Source of the DNA: Escherichia coli
GTDB taxonomy: Bacteria > Pseudomonadota > Gammaproteobacteria > Enterobacterales > Enterobacteriaceae
Strand: one strand, 5' to 3'
Length of the DNA stretch: 64,000 bases
Assembly: GCF_003334305.1 (NCBI RefSeq)
Contig: NZ_QOWS01000016.1
Part shown: positions 43,814 through 55,820 of the stretch, piece after piece
Numbering within the stretch: the stretch's first letter is position 1
Layout of the letters: every line of letters begins with the position of its first letter
Notes under the pieces: generated by a model
What the model saw: only the letters and a program-made list of their open reading frames with translations
Databases searched by the model: none
Told to the model about the DNA's origin: nothing
Translations under genes and position numbers: made by a program

Positions 43814-46078
43814 ATGAAAATAACGACAGTCGGCGTATGCATAATTTGCGGAATTTTTCCGTTGCTGATTTTGCCCCAATTGCCTGGGACATTAACCCTT
43901 GCGTTTCTGACTCTCTTCGCCTGCGTACTGGCATTTATCCCTGTTAAAACCGTCCGTTATATCGCGCTGACGTTGCTGTTTTTCGTTTGGGGCATATTAT
44001 CAGCAAAGCAAATTTTGTGGGCAGGAGAAACCTTAACTGGCGCGACGCAGGATGCAATTGTTGAGATCACTGCAACTGACGGCATGACCACTCATTACGG
44101 TCAAATTACTCATCTACAAGGTCGACGTATATTCCCTGCGCCAGGCCTTGTGCTGTATGGCGAATATCTTCCGCAAGCGGTTTGTGCTGGACAACAATGG
44201 TCAATGAAACTCAAAGTTCGTGCGGTTCATGGCCAACTTAATGATGGCGGCTTTGATAGCCAGCGTTATGCCATTGCCCAGCATCAACCGCTCACCGGCC
44301 GCTTTCTGCAGGCAAGTGTTATTGAACCGAATTGTAGCCTGCGTGCACAGTATCTGGCGTCACTACAAACAACGCTGCAACCCTATCCGTGGAATGCGGT
44401 TATTCTTGGTTTAGGTATGGGGGAACGGTTATCCGTCCCCAAAGAAATCAAAAATATCATGCGCGATACTGGAACGGCGCATTTAATGGCGATATCGGGA
44501 TTGCACATCGCTTTTGCGGCGTTGCTGGCTGCCGGACTCATTCGCAGTGGACAAATTTTTCTGCCTGGGCGCTGGATCCACTGGCAAATACCATTAATTG
44601 GTGGGATCTGCTGTGCTGCTTTTTATGCCTGGTTGACGGGAATGCAACCTCCTGCATTGCGTACCGTGGTGGCGCTTGCTACGTGGGGAATGCTTAAGTT
44701 AAGTGGGCGACAGTGGAGTGGCTGGGATGTATGGATATGTTGTCTGGCGGCAATTTTGCTGATGGATCCTGTTGCCATTCTCTCGCAAAGTTTATGGCTC
44801 TCTGCCGCTGCGGTCGCGGCACTGATTTTTTGGTACCAGTGGTTTCCCTGTCCTGAGTGGCAACTGCCGCCGGTATTGCGTGCAGTTGTTTCCCTCATTC
44901 ATTTGCAACTGGGAATCACACTCCTGCTTATGCCTGTGCAAATCGTCATATTTCATGGCATTAGTCTGACCTCGTTTATTGCAAATCTATTAGCAATTCC
45001 CTTGGTGACATTTATCACGGTTCCGTTGATCCTCGCCGCGATGGTTGTGCATTTAAGCGGGCCGTTAATCCTGGAGCAAGGGTTATGGTTTCTTGCCGAC
45101 CGGTCTTTGGCTTTACTTTTCTGGGGGTTAAAGAGTTTGCCAGAAGGGTGGATCAACATTGCTGAACGTTGGCAATGGCTATCATTTTCCCCATGGTTCT
45201 TACTGGTGGTATGGCGATTAAACGCCTGGCGAACGTTGCCAGCAATGTGTGTGGCTGTAGGCTTGCTGATGTGCTGGCCGCTGTGGCAAAAACCTCGACC
45301 TGACGAGTGGCAGGTGTACATGCTTGATGTCGGGCAAGGGCTGGCAATGGTGATAGCCAGAAACGGCAAAGCGATTCTCTATGACACAGGACTGGCCTGG
45401 CCCGAAGGGGATAGTGGGCAACAACTGATTATCCCCTGGCTCCACTGGCATAATCTTGAACCGGAAGGCGTTATTCTGAGTCATGAACATCTGGATCACC
45501 GGGGAGGGCTGGACTCAATATTGCACACATGGCCGATGTTATGGATCAGAAGTCCGTTAAACTGGGAACATCATCAGCCCTGTGTGCGTGGCGAAGCGTG
45601 GCAATGGCAAGGATTGCGTTTCAGCGTGCACTGGCCTTTACAAGCTAGCAACGATAAAGGAAATAACCATTCCTGTGTGGTTAAGGTTGATGACGGGACG
45701 AATAGCATTCTTCTAACCGGTGATATTGAAGTCCCCGCTGAACAAAAGATGCTAAGCCGTTACTGGCAGCAAGTGCAGACAACATTGCTTCAGGTACCTC
45801 ACCATGGCAGTAATACCTCATCATCGTTGCCATTAATTCAGCGAGTGAATGGAAAAGTGGCACTCGCATCGGCATCGCGCTATAACGCATGGCGATTGCC
45901 CTCTAATAAAGTTAAGCATCGCTATCAACAGCAAGGATATCAATGGCTTGATACTCCACATCAGGGTCAAGTGACGGTCAATTTTTCAGCGCAAGGCTGG
46001 CGGATTAGCAGCCTCAGAGAGCAAATTTTACCTCGTTGGTATCATCAGTGGTTTGGCGTGCCAGTGGATAACGGGTAG
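43814..46078 (+). CDS. ycaI: ycaI, ComEC/Rec2-family inner membrane protein with C-terminal metallo-beta-lactamase domain (754 aa)
   Basis: ORF track 43736..46078 trimmed to ATG 43814 (MKITTVGVCIICGIF); polytopic N-terminal region; HxHxDH motif in VILSHEHLDHRGG. Confidence 0.9.
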   Translation: MKITTVGVCIICGIFPLLILPQLPGTLTLAFLTLFACVLAFIPVKTVRYIALTLLFFVWGILSAKQILWAGETLTGATQDAIVEITATDGMTTHYGQITHLQGRRIFPAPGLVLYGEYLPQAVCAGQQWSMKLKVRAVHGQLNDGGFDSQRYAIAQHQPLTGRFLQASVIEPNCSLRAQYLASLQTTLQPYPWNAVILGLGMGERLSVPKEIKNIMRDTGTAHLMAISGLHIAFAALLAAGLIRSGQIFLPGRWIHWQIPLIGGICCAAFYAWLTGMQPPALRTVVALATWGMLKLSGRQWSGWDVWICCLAAILLMDPVAILSQSLWLSAAAVAALIFWYQWFPCPEWQLPPVLRAVVSLIHLQLGITLLLMPVQIVIFHGISLTSFIANLLAIPLVTFITVPLILAAMVVHLSGPLILEQGLWFLADRSLALLFWGLKSLPEGWINIAERWQWLSFSPWFLLVVWRLNAWRTLPAMCVAVGLLMCWPLWQKPRPDEWQVYMLDVGQGLAMVIARNGKAILYDTGLAWPEGDSGQQLIIPWLHWHNLEPEGVILSHEHLDHRGGLDSILHTWPMLWIRSPLNWEHHQPCVRGEAWQWQGLRFSVHWPLQASNDKGNNHSCVVKVDDGTNSILLTGDIEVPAEQKMLSRYWQQVQTTLLQVPHHGSNTSSSLPLIQRVNGKVALASASRYNAWRLPSNKVKHRYQQQGYQWLDTPHQGQVTVNFSAQGWRISSLREQILPRWYHQWFGVPVDNG

Positions 46079-46114
46079 AATATGCGGCTATTTCAACAAA
46101 TGCTGGTTTTTTGA

Positions 46115-47863
46115 ATGCATAACGACAAAGATCTCTCTACGTGGCAGACGTTCCGCCGACTGTGGCCAACCATTGCGCCTTTTAAAGCGGGTCTGATCGT
46201 GGCGGGCGTAGCGTTAATCCTCAACGCAGCCAGCGATACCTTCATGTTATCGCTCCTTAAGCCACTTCTTGATGATGGCTTTGGTAAAACAGATCGCTCC
46301 GTGCTGGTGTGGATGCCGCTGGTGGTGATCGGGCTGATGATTTTACGTGGTATCACCAGCTATGTCTCCAGCTACTGTATCTCCTGGGTATCAGGAAAGG
46401 TGGTAATGACCATGCGTCGCCGCCTGTTTGGTCACATGATGGGAATGCCGGTTTCATTTTTTGACAAACAGTCAACGGGGACGCTGTTGTCACGTATCAC
46501 CTACGATTCCGAACAGGTTGCTTCTTCTTCTTCCGGCGCACTGATAACGGTTGTGCGTGAAGGTGCGTCAATCATCGGCCTGTTCATCATGATGTTCTAT
46601 TACAGTTGGCAACTGTCGATCATTTTGATTGTGCTGGCACCGATTGTTTCGATTGCGATTCGCGTAGTATCGAAGCGTTTTCGCAACATCAGTAAAAACA
46701 TGCAGAACACCATGGGGCAGGTGACCACCAGCGCCGAACAAATGCTGAAGGGCCACAAAGAAGTATTGATTTTCGGTGGTCAGGAAGTGGAAACGAAACG
46801 CTTTGATAAAGTCAGCAACCGAATGCGTCTTCAGGGGATGAAAATGGTTTCAGCCTCTTCCATCTCTGATCCGATCATTCAGCTGATCGCCTCTTTGGCG
46901 CTGGCGTTTGTTCTGTATGCGGCGAGCTTCCCAAGTGTCATGGATAGCCTGACTGCCGGTACGATTACCGTTGTTTTCTCTTCAATGATTGCACTGATGC
47001 GTCCGCTGAAATCACTGACCAACGTTAACGCCCAGTTCCAGCGCGGTATGGCGGCTTGTCAGACGCTGTTTACCATTCTGGACAGTGAGCAGGAGAAAGA
47101 CGAAGGTAAGCGCGTGATCGAGCGTGCGACTGGCGACGTGGAATTCCGCAATGTCACCTTTACTTATCCGGGACGTGACGTACCTGCATTGCGTAACATC
47201 AACCTGAAAATTCCGGCAGGGAAGACGGTTGCTCTGGTTGGACGCTCTGGTTCAGGTAAATCAACCATCGCCAGCCTGATCACGCGTTTTTACGATATTG
47301 ATGAAGGCGAAATCCTGATGGATGGTCACGATCTGCGCGAGTATACCCTGGCGTCGTTACGTAACCAGGTTGCTCTGGTGTCGCAGAATGTCCATCTGTT
47401 TAACGATACGGTTGCTAACAACATTGCTTACGCACGGACTGAACAGTACAGCCGTGAGCAAATTGAAGAAGCGGCGCGTATGGCCTACGCCATGGACTTC
47501 ATCAATAAGATGGATAACGGTCTCGATACAGTGATTGGTGAAAACGGCGTGCTGCTCTCTGGCGGTCAGCGTCAGCGTATTGCTATCGCTCGAGCCTTGT
47601 TGCGTGATAGCCCGATTCTGATTCTGGACGAAGCTACCTCGGCTCTGGATACCGAATCCGAACGTGCGATTCAGGCGGCACTGGATGAGTTGCAGAAAAA
47701 CCGTACCTCTCTGGTGATTGCCCACCGCTTGTCTACCATTGAAAAGGCAGACGAAATCGTGGTCGTCGAGGATGGTGTCATTGTGGAACGCGGTACGCAT
47801 AACGATTTGCTTGAGCACCGCGGCGTTTACGCGCAACTTCACAAAATGCAGTTTGGCCAATGA
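46115..47863 (+). CDS. msbA: msbA, lipid A/LPS flippase ABC transporter (582 aa)
   Basis: 6-TM domain plus ABC ATPase ([17 protein letters not shown]). Confidence 0.96.
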   Translation: MHNDKDLSTWQTFRRLWPTIAPFKAGLIVAGVALILNAASDTFMLSLLKPLLDDGFGKTDRSVLVWMPLVVIGLMILRGITSYVSSYCISWVSGKVVMTMRRRLFGHMMGMPVSFFDKQSTGTLLSRITYDSEQVASSSSGALITVVREGASIIGLFIMMFYYSWQLSIILIVLAPIVSIAIRVVSKRFRNISKNMQNTMGQVTTSAEQMLKGHKEVLIFGGQEVETKRFDKVSNRMRLQGMKMVSASSISDPIIQLIASLALAFVLYAASFPSVMDSLTAGTITVVFSSMIALMRPLKSLTNVNAQFQRGMAACQTLFTILDSEQEKDEGKRVIERATGDVEFRNVTFTYPGRDVPALRNINLKIPAGKTVALVGRSGSGKSTIASLITRFYDIDEGEILMDGHDLREYTLASLRNQVALVSQNVHLFNDTVANNIAYARTEQYSREQIEEAARMAYAMDFINKMDNGLDTVIGENGVLLSGGQRQRIAIARALLRDSPILILDEATSALDTESERAIQAALDELQKNRTSLVIAHRLSTIEKADEIVVVEDGVIVERGTHNDLLEHRGVYAQLHKMQFGQ

Positions 47864-48846
47864 TCGAAAAAATCTGGTCTGGTGAATCCCCTTTGTGGCG
47901 GCTATTGCTGCCACTCTCCTGGTTGTATGGCCTGGTGAGTGGCGCGATCCGTCTTTGCTATAAACTAAAACTGAAGCGCGCCTGGCGTGCCCCCGTACCG
48001 GTTGTCGTGGTTGGTAATCTCACCGCAGGCGGCAACGGAAAAACCCCGGTCGTTGTCTGGCTGGTGGAACAGTTGCAACAGCGCGGTATTCGCGTGGGGG
48101 TCGTATCGCGGGGATATGGTGGTAAGGCTGAATCTTATCCGCTGTTATTGTCGGCAGATACCACAACAGCACAGGCGGGTGATGAACCTGTGTTGATTTA
48201 TCAACGCACTGATGCGCCTGTTGCGGTTTCTCCCGTTCGTTCTGATGCGGTAAAAGCCATTCTGGCGCAACACCCTGATGTGCAGATCATCGTAACCGAC
48301 GACGGTTTACAGCATTACCGTCTGGCGCGTGATGTGGAAATTGTCGTTATTGATGGTGTGCGTCGCTTTGGCAATGGCTGGTGGTTGCCGGCGGGGCCAA
48401 TGCGTGAGCGAGCGGGGCGCTTAAAGTCGGTTGATGCGGTAATCGTCAACGGTGGTGTCCCTCGCAGCGGTGAAATCCCCATGCATCTGCTGCCGGGTCA
48501 GGCGGTGAATTTACGTACCGGTACGCGTTGTGACGTTGCTCAGCTTGAACATGTAGTGGCGATGGCGGGGATTGGGCATCCGCCGCGCTTTTTTGCCACG
48601 CTGAAGATGTGTGGCGTACAACCGGAAAAATGTGTACCGCTGGCCGATCATCAGTCTTTGAACCATGCGGATGTCAGTGCGTTGGTAAGCGCCGGGCAAA
48701 CGCTGGTAATGACTGAAAAAGATGCGGTGAAATGCCGGGCCTTTGCAGAAGAAAATTGGTGGTATTTGCCTGTAGACGCACAGCTTTCAGGTGATGAACC
48801 AGCGAAACTGCTTACGCAACTAACCTCGCTGGCTTCTGGCAACTAG
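47860..48846 (+). CDS. lpxK: lpxK, tetraacyldisaccharide 4'-kinase (328 aa)
   Basis: ATGA overlap with msbA stop; P-loop [12 protein letters not shown]. Confidence 0.95.
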   Translation: MIEKIWSGESPLWRLLLPLSWLYGLVSGAIRLCYKLKLKRAWRAPVPVVVVGNLTAGGNGKTPVVVWLVEQLQQRGIRVGVVSRGYGGKAESYPLLLSADTTTAQAGDEPVLIYQRTDAPVAVSPVRSDAVKAILAQHPDVQIIVTDDGLQHYRLARDVEIVVIDGVRRFGNGWWLPAGPMRERAGRLKSVDAVIVNGGVPRSGEIPMHLLPGQAVNLRTGTRCDVAQLEHVVAMAGIGHPPRFFATLKMCGVQPEKCVPLADHQSLNHADVSALVSAGQTLVMTEKDAVKCRAFAEENWWYLPVDAQLSGDEPAKLLTQLTSLASGN

Positions 48847-48882
48847 TTACGCCGCGGCAGCGTTCGATTGATGGAGTCATGA

Positions 48883-50115
48883 ATGTCGCTGCCGCACCTC
48901 TCCCTTGCTGATGCGCGTAATCTTCACCTTGCCGCACAAGGCCTGTTAAACAAACCCCGCCGTCAAGCGTCGTTGGAGGATATTCCGGCAACGATCTCCC
49001 GCATGTCCTTGCTGCAAATCGATACCATCAATATTGTTGCCCGTAGTCCATATCTGGTGCTTTTCAGTCGTCTGGGAAATTATCCTGCCCAGTGGCTGGA
49101 TGAGTCTCTGGCGCGTGGCGAATTAATGGAATACTGGGCGCATGAAGCCTGCTTTATGCCGCGTAGCGACTTTCGTCTTATTCGCCACCGCATGCTGGCA
49201 CCTGAAAAAATGGGCTGGAAATACAAAGACGCCTGGATGCAGGAACATGAGGCGGAAATTGCACAGTTAATTCAGCATATTCATGATAAGGGGCCGGTAC
49301 GTTCAGCCGATTTTGAGCATCCTCGTAAAGGTGCAAGCGGCTGGTGGGAATGGAAGCCGCATAAACGGCATCTGGAAGGTTTATTTACTGCCGGAAAGGT
49401 GATGGTGATTGAACGGCGCAACTTCCAGCGCGTTTATGATTTAACCCACCGTGTCATGCCTGACTGGGATGATGAGCGCGATCTCGTTTCGCAAACAGAA
49501 GCAGAAATCATCATGCTGGATAACAGTGCGCGTAGCCTGGGAATATTCCGCGAACAGTGGCTGGCAGATTACTATCGGCTGAAACGTCCGGCACTGGCGG
49601 CGTGGCGCGAAGCGAGGGCTGAACAGCAGCAAATCATTGCTGTGCATGTTGAAAAATTGGGCAATCTTTGGCTGCATGCTGATTTGCTGCCGCTACTCGA
49701 GCGTGCGCTGGCCGGAAAGCTCACTGCAACGCACAGCGCGGTACTTTCGCCTTTTGATCCTGTTGTCTGGGATCGCAAACGCGCAGAGCAGCTTTTTGAT
49801 TTTAGCTACCGGCTGGAGTGCTATACCCCAGCGCCGAAACGCCAGTATGGCTATTTTGTTCTGCCATTATTACATCGTGGGCAATTAGTTGGGCGAATGG
49901 ATGCCAAAATGCATCGCCAGACAGGCATCCTTGAAGTTATCTCTCTGTGGTTACAGGAAGGCATTAAACCAACGACAATGCTGCAAAAAGGGTTACGTCA
50001 GGCGATTACTGATTTCGCGAGCTGGCAGCAGGCAACGCGGGTGACATTAGGACGCTGCCCGCAAGGTCTCTTTACTGATTGCCGCACTGGCTGGGAAATA
50101 GACCCCGTCGCATAA
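48883..50115 (+). CDS. ycaQ: ycaQ, winged-helix (HTH_42 / AlkZ-like) DNA glycosylase family protein (410 aa)
   Basis: Protein MSLPHLSLADARNLHLAAQGLLNKPRRQASLEDIPATISRMSLLQIDTINIVARSPYLVLFSRLG recognisable as E. coli YcaQ. Confidence 0.9.
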   Translation: MSLPHLSLADARNLHLAAQGLLNKPRRQASLEDIPATISRMSLLQIDTINIVARSPYLVLFSRLGNYPAQWLDESLARGELMEYWAHEACFMPRSDFRLIRHRMLAPEKMGWKYKDAWMQEHEAEIAQLIQHIHDKGPVRSADFEHPRKGASGWWEWKPHKRHLEGLFTAGKVMVIERRNFQRVYDLTHRVMPDWDDERDLVSQTEAEIIMLDNSARSLGIFREQWLADYYRLKRPALAAWREARAEQQQIIAVHVEKLGNLWLHADLLPLLERALAGKLTATHSAVLSPFDPVVWDRKRAEQLFDFSYRLECYTPAPKRQYGYFVLPLLHRGQLVGRMDAKMHRQTGILEVISLWLQEGIKPTTMLQKGLRQAITDFASWQQATRVTLGRCPQGLFTDCRTGWEIDPVA

Positions 50116-50166
50116 ATGATTATGATAAGATTTATGCATTCATAACCCGATCCATCTGGAGGAACT

Positions 50167-51092
<926 letters not shown>

Positions 51093-51245
51093 TTTCACTT
51101 CACGACACTTCAGCCAATTTTGGGAGGAGTGTCGTACCGTTACGATTTTCCTCAATTTTTCTTTTCAACAATTGATCTCATTCAGGTGACATCTTTTATA
51201 TTGGCGCTCATTATGAAAGCAGTAGCTTTTATGAGGGTAATCTGA

Positions 51246-52139
51246 ATGGAACAGCTGCGTGCCGAATTAAGCCATTTACTGGGCGAAAAACTCAGTCGTA
51301 TTGAGTGCGTCAATGAAAAAGCGGATACGGCGTTGTGGGCTTTGTATGACAGCCAGGGAAACCCAATGCCGTTAATGGCAAGAAGCTTTAGTACGCCCGG
51401 AAAAGCCCGACAACTGGCATGGAAAACCACCATGCTGGCAAGAAGTGGGACTGTCCGTATGCCGACTATTTATGGTGTGATGACGCATGAAGAACACCCC
51501 GGCCCCGATGTCCTGCTACTGGAGCGGATGCGTGGTGTTTCGGTGGAGGCACCAGCCCGAACACCAGAACGCTGGGAACAACTCAAAGACCAAATCGTTG
51601 AAGCCTTACTGGCCTGGCACCGTCAGGACAGTCGCGGTTGCGTCGGCGCGGTCGACAATACTCAGGAAAATTTCTGGCCCTCATGGTACCGGCAACATGT
51701 TGAAGTGCTATGGACCACGCTCAATCAGTTCAATAACACCGGTCTGACGATGCAGGATAAGCGGATCCTGTTTCGCACTCGCGAATGTCTCCCGGCATTA
51801 TTTGAAGGCTTTAACGACAATTGTGTGCTGATTCACGGTAACTTCTGTTTACGCAGCATGTTGAAAGATTCGCGCAGCGATCAGTTACTGGCGATGGTCG
51901 GGCCGGGACTAATGCTTTGGGCACCGCGAGAATACGAACTGTTCCGACTAATGGATAATTCTCTGGCGGAAGATTTGCTCTGGAGTTACCTGCAACGCGC
52001 GCCAGTGGCGGAGTCGTTCATCTGGCGGCGTTGGTTGTATGTGTTATGGGATGAAGTTGCGCAACTGGTTAATACCGGACGATTTAGTCGGCGCAACTTC
52101 GATCTGGCATCAAAATCACTCTTGCCGTGGCTCGCCTGA
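51246..52139 (+). CDS. ycbJ: ycbJ, kinase-like (phosphotransferase-fold) protein of unknown function (297 aa)
   Basis: ORF 51246..52139; protein MEQLRAELSHLLGEKLSRIECVNEKADTALWALYD; synteny kdsB-ycbJ. Confidence 0.88.
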   Translation: MEQLRAELSHLLGEKLSRIECVNEKADTALWALYDSQGNPMPLMARSFSTPGKARQLAWKTTMLARSGTVRMPTIYGVMTHEEHPGPDVLLLERMRGVSVEAPARTPERWEQLKDQIVEALLAWHRQDSRGCVGAVDNTQENFWPSWYRQHVEVLWTTLNQFNNTGLTMQDKRILFRTRECLPALFEGFNDNCVLIHGNFCLRSMLKDSRSDQLLAMVGPGLMLWAPREYELFRLMDNSLAEDLLWSYLQRAPVAESFIWRRWLYVLWDEVAQLVNTGRFSRRNFDLASKSLLPWLA

Positions 52140-52895
52140 CGAACCTTTTAGCCACTGCCAGATACGGCCAAGCGTTTCATAGCCAACACGATCGCTATGC
52201 ATCAACCAGACCGGAGAAGGGATTGCCCGTTCCCACGGGTTAAGCGGCGAGTCGATGGCCAACTGATTCGCCGGGGCTGGTAGCGGATTTAACCCTTCCT
52301 GCTGAAAAAAGATCATCGCCCGCGGCAGATGTGATGCGGAGGTCACCAGCAGGAAAGGGGCGTCACCAATCGCCTGTTTCACTGCCGCAGCTTCTTCTTC
52401 GGTATCTTTTGGCAAATCCAGGGTGATAATTTGCTCGTGCGGCACGCCCAGCGATTGCGCAACTCTGGCACCTACTTCCGCTGTACTCACCGTATTGGTT
52501 TTTGCTACGCCTCCCGTGAAGATCAGTTTTGATCCCGGATTTTCGCGCCATAAGCGAATACCTTCATTCAGGCGTGGCAGACTGTTATTGATTAAATTAG
52601 AGCTCGGTGCCCACTGTGGGTTCCAGGTATAACCACCTCCGAGCACCACGATATAGTCCACTTTTTGCGAATTATTCCATGTCGGATAGGTGCTTTCGAT
52701 GGGACGCAGCAGGCGGTCGGCTACCGGTTGCAAACTCAATAACAAGAGTGCCAGCCACCCAATGCTAATAAAAATCTTCCCGGTTTTTTGAAAACGGCTA
52801 AACCACAGCAGCGCCAGGCCAGCGCCAATAATTAACAACATCAGCGGAAGTGGCAGCAACATATTGCCAATCACTTTTTTCAGTGTAAAAAGCAT
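52116..52895 (-). CDS. elyC: elyC (ycbC), DUF218-family envelope biogenesis protein (259 aa)
   Basis: N-terminal TM segment then DUF218-like domain; 3' end overlaps the ycbJ 3' end by 24 bp. Confidence 0.9.
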   Translation of the reverse strand: MLFTLKKVIGNMLLPLPLMLLIIGAGLALLWFSRFQKTGKIFISIGWLALLLLSLQPVADRLLRPIESTYPTWNNSQKVDYIVVLGGGYTWNPQWAPSSNLINNSLPRLNEGIRLWRENPGSKLIFTGGVAKTNTVSTAEVGARVAQSLGVPHEQIITLDLPKDTEEEAAAVKQAIGDAPFLLVTSASHLPRAMIFFQQEGLNPLPAPANQLAIDSPLNPWERAIPSPVWLMHSDRVGYETLGRIWQWLKGSSGEPRQE

Positions 52896-53030
52896 CCTTT
52901 CTGGTTCCTTTTTTAACCATATAGCAAGGGATCGCCAGCGATATTACACCAGACGGGTTCATTCTCGCCGTGGCTGTGACAAAATAGCGTCTTTATCAGA
53001 AAACGTCTTAGCCAACCGGTGGAGAAAGCA

Positions 53031-53816
53031 ATGCAGGATCGCAATTTTGATGATATTGCGGAAAAGTTTTCCCGTAACATTTACGGCACCACCAAAGGGC
53101 AGCTTCGACAGGCTATTCTGTGGCAGGATCTCGATCACGTGCTGGCGGAAATGGGCCCGCAAAAACTGCGTGTGCTGGATGCTGGCGGTGGTGAAGGGCA
53201 GACCGCAATCAAAATGGCCGAGCGTGGGCATCAGGTCATTTTATGCGATCTTTCTGCGCAGATGATCGACCGCGCAAAACAGGCGGCAGAAGCAAAAGGT
53301 GTGAGCGACAACATGCAATTTATACATTGCGCCGCTCAGGATGTTGCTTCGCATTTGGAAACGCCCGTTGATCTGATATTGTTCCATGCGGTGCTCGAGT
53401 GGGTGGCCGATCCCCGCAGTGTATTGCAGACCCTGTGGTCAGTGTTGCGTCCAGGCGGCGTGTTGTCGTTAATGTTCTACAATGCGCATGGTTTGTTGAT
53501 GCATAACATGGTCGCCGGGAATTTTGATTACGTGCAGGCGGGAATGCCGAAAAAGAAAAAACGGACGCTTTCGCCAGATTATCCACGCGACCCGGCGCAG
53601 GTTTATCTGTGGCTGGAAGAAGCTGGTTGGCAAATTATGGGTAAGACAGGCGTTCGCGTGTTTCATGATTATCTGCGCGAGAAGCACCAGCAGCGCGACT
53701 GCTATGAAGCATTACTTGAATTAGAAACGCGTTATTGCCGTCAGGAACCGTATATTACCCTGGGGCGTTATATTCATGTCACCGCGCGCAAACCGCAGAG
53801 CAAGGATAAAGTATGA
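53031..53816 (+). CDS. cmoM: cmoM (smtA), SAM-dependent methyltransferase (261 aa)
   Basis: ORF track 53019..53816 trimmed to [23 protein letters not shown]; SAM motif VLDAGGGEG. Confidence 0.9.
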
Positions 53817-55135
53817 GTGAATTTTCCCAGACAGTCCCCGAACTGGTTGCCTGGGCCAGAAAAAATGACTTCTCCATCTCGCTGCCGGTAGACCGACTCT
53901 CTTTTCTGCTGGCGGTTGCCACGCTGAACGGCGAGCGTCTGGATGGTGAGATGAGTGAAGGCGAGCTGGTGGATGCATTCCGCCATGTGAGTGATGCGTT
54001 TGAGCAAACCAGCGAAACCATCGGCGTGCGCGCCAATAACGCGATCAACGACATGGTGCGTCAACGTCTGCTGAACCGCTTTACCAGCGAGCAGGCGGAA
54101 GGGAACGCAATTTACCGTCTGACGCCGCTCGGCATCGGCATTACTGACTACTACATCCGTCAGCGCGAGTTTTCTACGCTGCGTCTTTCTATGCAGTTGT
54201 CGATTGTGGCGGGTGAGCTCAAACGCGCAGCAGATGCCGCCGAAGAGGGCGGTGATGAATTTCACTGGCACCGTAATGTCTATGCGCCACTGAAATATTC
54301 GGTAGCAGAAATTTTCGACAGTATCGACCTGACGCAACGTCTGATGGACGAACAGCAGCAGCAGGTGAAGGACGATATCGCCCAGTTGCTGAACAAAGAC
54401 TGGCGGGCGGCGATTTCCAGCTGTGAATTGTTGCTTTCGGAAACTTCCGGGACGCTGCGTGAATTGCAGGATACGCTGGAAGCGGCAGGCGACAAATTGC
54501 AGGCTAATCTGTTGCGCATTCAGGATGCGACGATGACCCATGACGATCTGCATTTCGTCGATCGTCTGGTGTTCGATCTGCAGAGCAAACTCGATCGTAT
54601 TATCAGTTGGGGCCAGCAATCCATCGACTTGTGGATTGGCTACGACCGCCACGTACACAAATTTATTCGTACCGCGATCGATATGGATAAAAACCGCGTC
54701 TTTGCTCAGCGGTTACGTCAGTCGGTACAAACCTATTTTGATGAGCCGTGGGCGCTAACTTATGCCAATGCCGATCGTCTGCTGGATATGCGTGACGAAG
54801 AGATGGCACTGCGCGATGAAGAAGTGACTGGGGAACTTCCTGAGGATCTGGAATACGAAGAGTTTAACGAGATCCGCGAACAGCTGGCGGCGATCATCGA
54901 AGAACAACTTGCCGTGTACAAAACCAGACAAGTGCCGCTGGATCTTGGTCTGGTGGTACGCGAATATCTGTCACAGTATCCGCGTGCACGTCACTTTGAC
55001 GTTGCGCGTATTGTTATTGATCAGGCGGTACGTCTTGGCGTAGCGCAAGCAGATTTCACCGGACTGCCAGCGAAATGGCAGCCGATTAATGATTACGGAG
55101 CCAAGGTACAGGCGCATGTCATCGACAAATATTGA
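53813..55135 (+). CDS. mukF: mukF, condensin kleisin subunit (440 aa)
   Basis: ATGA overlap with cmoM stop; protein [44 protein letters not shown]. Confidence 0.96.
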
Positions 55136-55820
55136 ACAAGTGATGCCGGTTAAGCTGGCGCAGGCGCTGGCGAATCCGTTATTTCCGGCGCTGGACAGCG
55201 CCTTACGTTCAGGCCGCCATATTGGCCTCGACGAACTGGATAATCATGCATTCCTGATGGATTTTCAGGAATATCTGGAAGAGTTTTACGCGCGTTATAA
55301 CGTTGAGCTTATTCGCGCACCAGAAGGGTTCTTCTATTTACGCCCACGTTCCACCACGCTGATCCCTCGTTCCGTCTTGTCGGAACTGGATATGATGGTC
55401 GGGAAAATCCTCTGTTATCTCTATCTCAGCCCGGAACGGCTGGCGAATGAGGGGATTTTCACCCAGCAGGAACTGTACGACGAACTGCTCACCCTGGCCG
55501 ATGAAGCAAAACTGCTGAAACTGGTGAACAACCGTTCAACCGGTTCAGACGTTGACCGTCAGAAGTTGCAGGAGAAAGTACGTTCTTCGCTCAACCGTCT
55601 GCGTCGTTTAGGCATGGTGTGGTTTATGGGCCACGACAGCAGCAAGTTTCGCATTACCGAATCGGTGTTCCGCTTCGGAGCCGATGTGCGTGCTGGCGAC
55701 GATCCCCGTGAAGCACAGCGTCGCCTGATTCGTGATGGCGAAGCAATGCCGATTGAAAATCATCTGCAACTCAACGATGAAACCGAAGAAAATCAGCCAG
55801 ATAGCGGAGAGGAAGAATAA
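55116..55820 (+). CDS. mukE: mukE, condensin subunit (234 aa)
   Basis: ORF track 55089..55820 trimmed to ATG 55116 ([27 protein letters not shown]); start overlaps mukF 3' end by 20 nt. Confidence 0.9.

Noticed and set aside
51213-51245. 10-codon upstream mini-ORF (MKAVAFMRVI) ending in TGA directly abutting the ycbJ ATG
   Set aside because: No convincing Shine-Dalgarno sequence upstream and too short to evaluate; kept only as a note.
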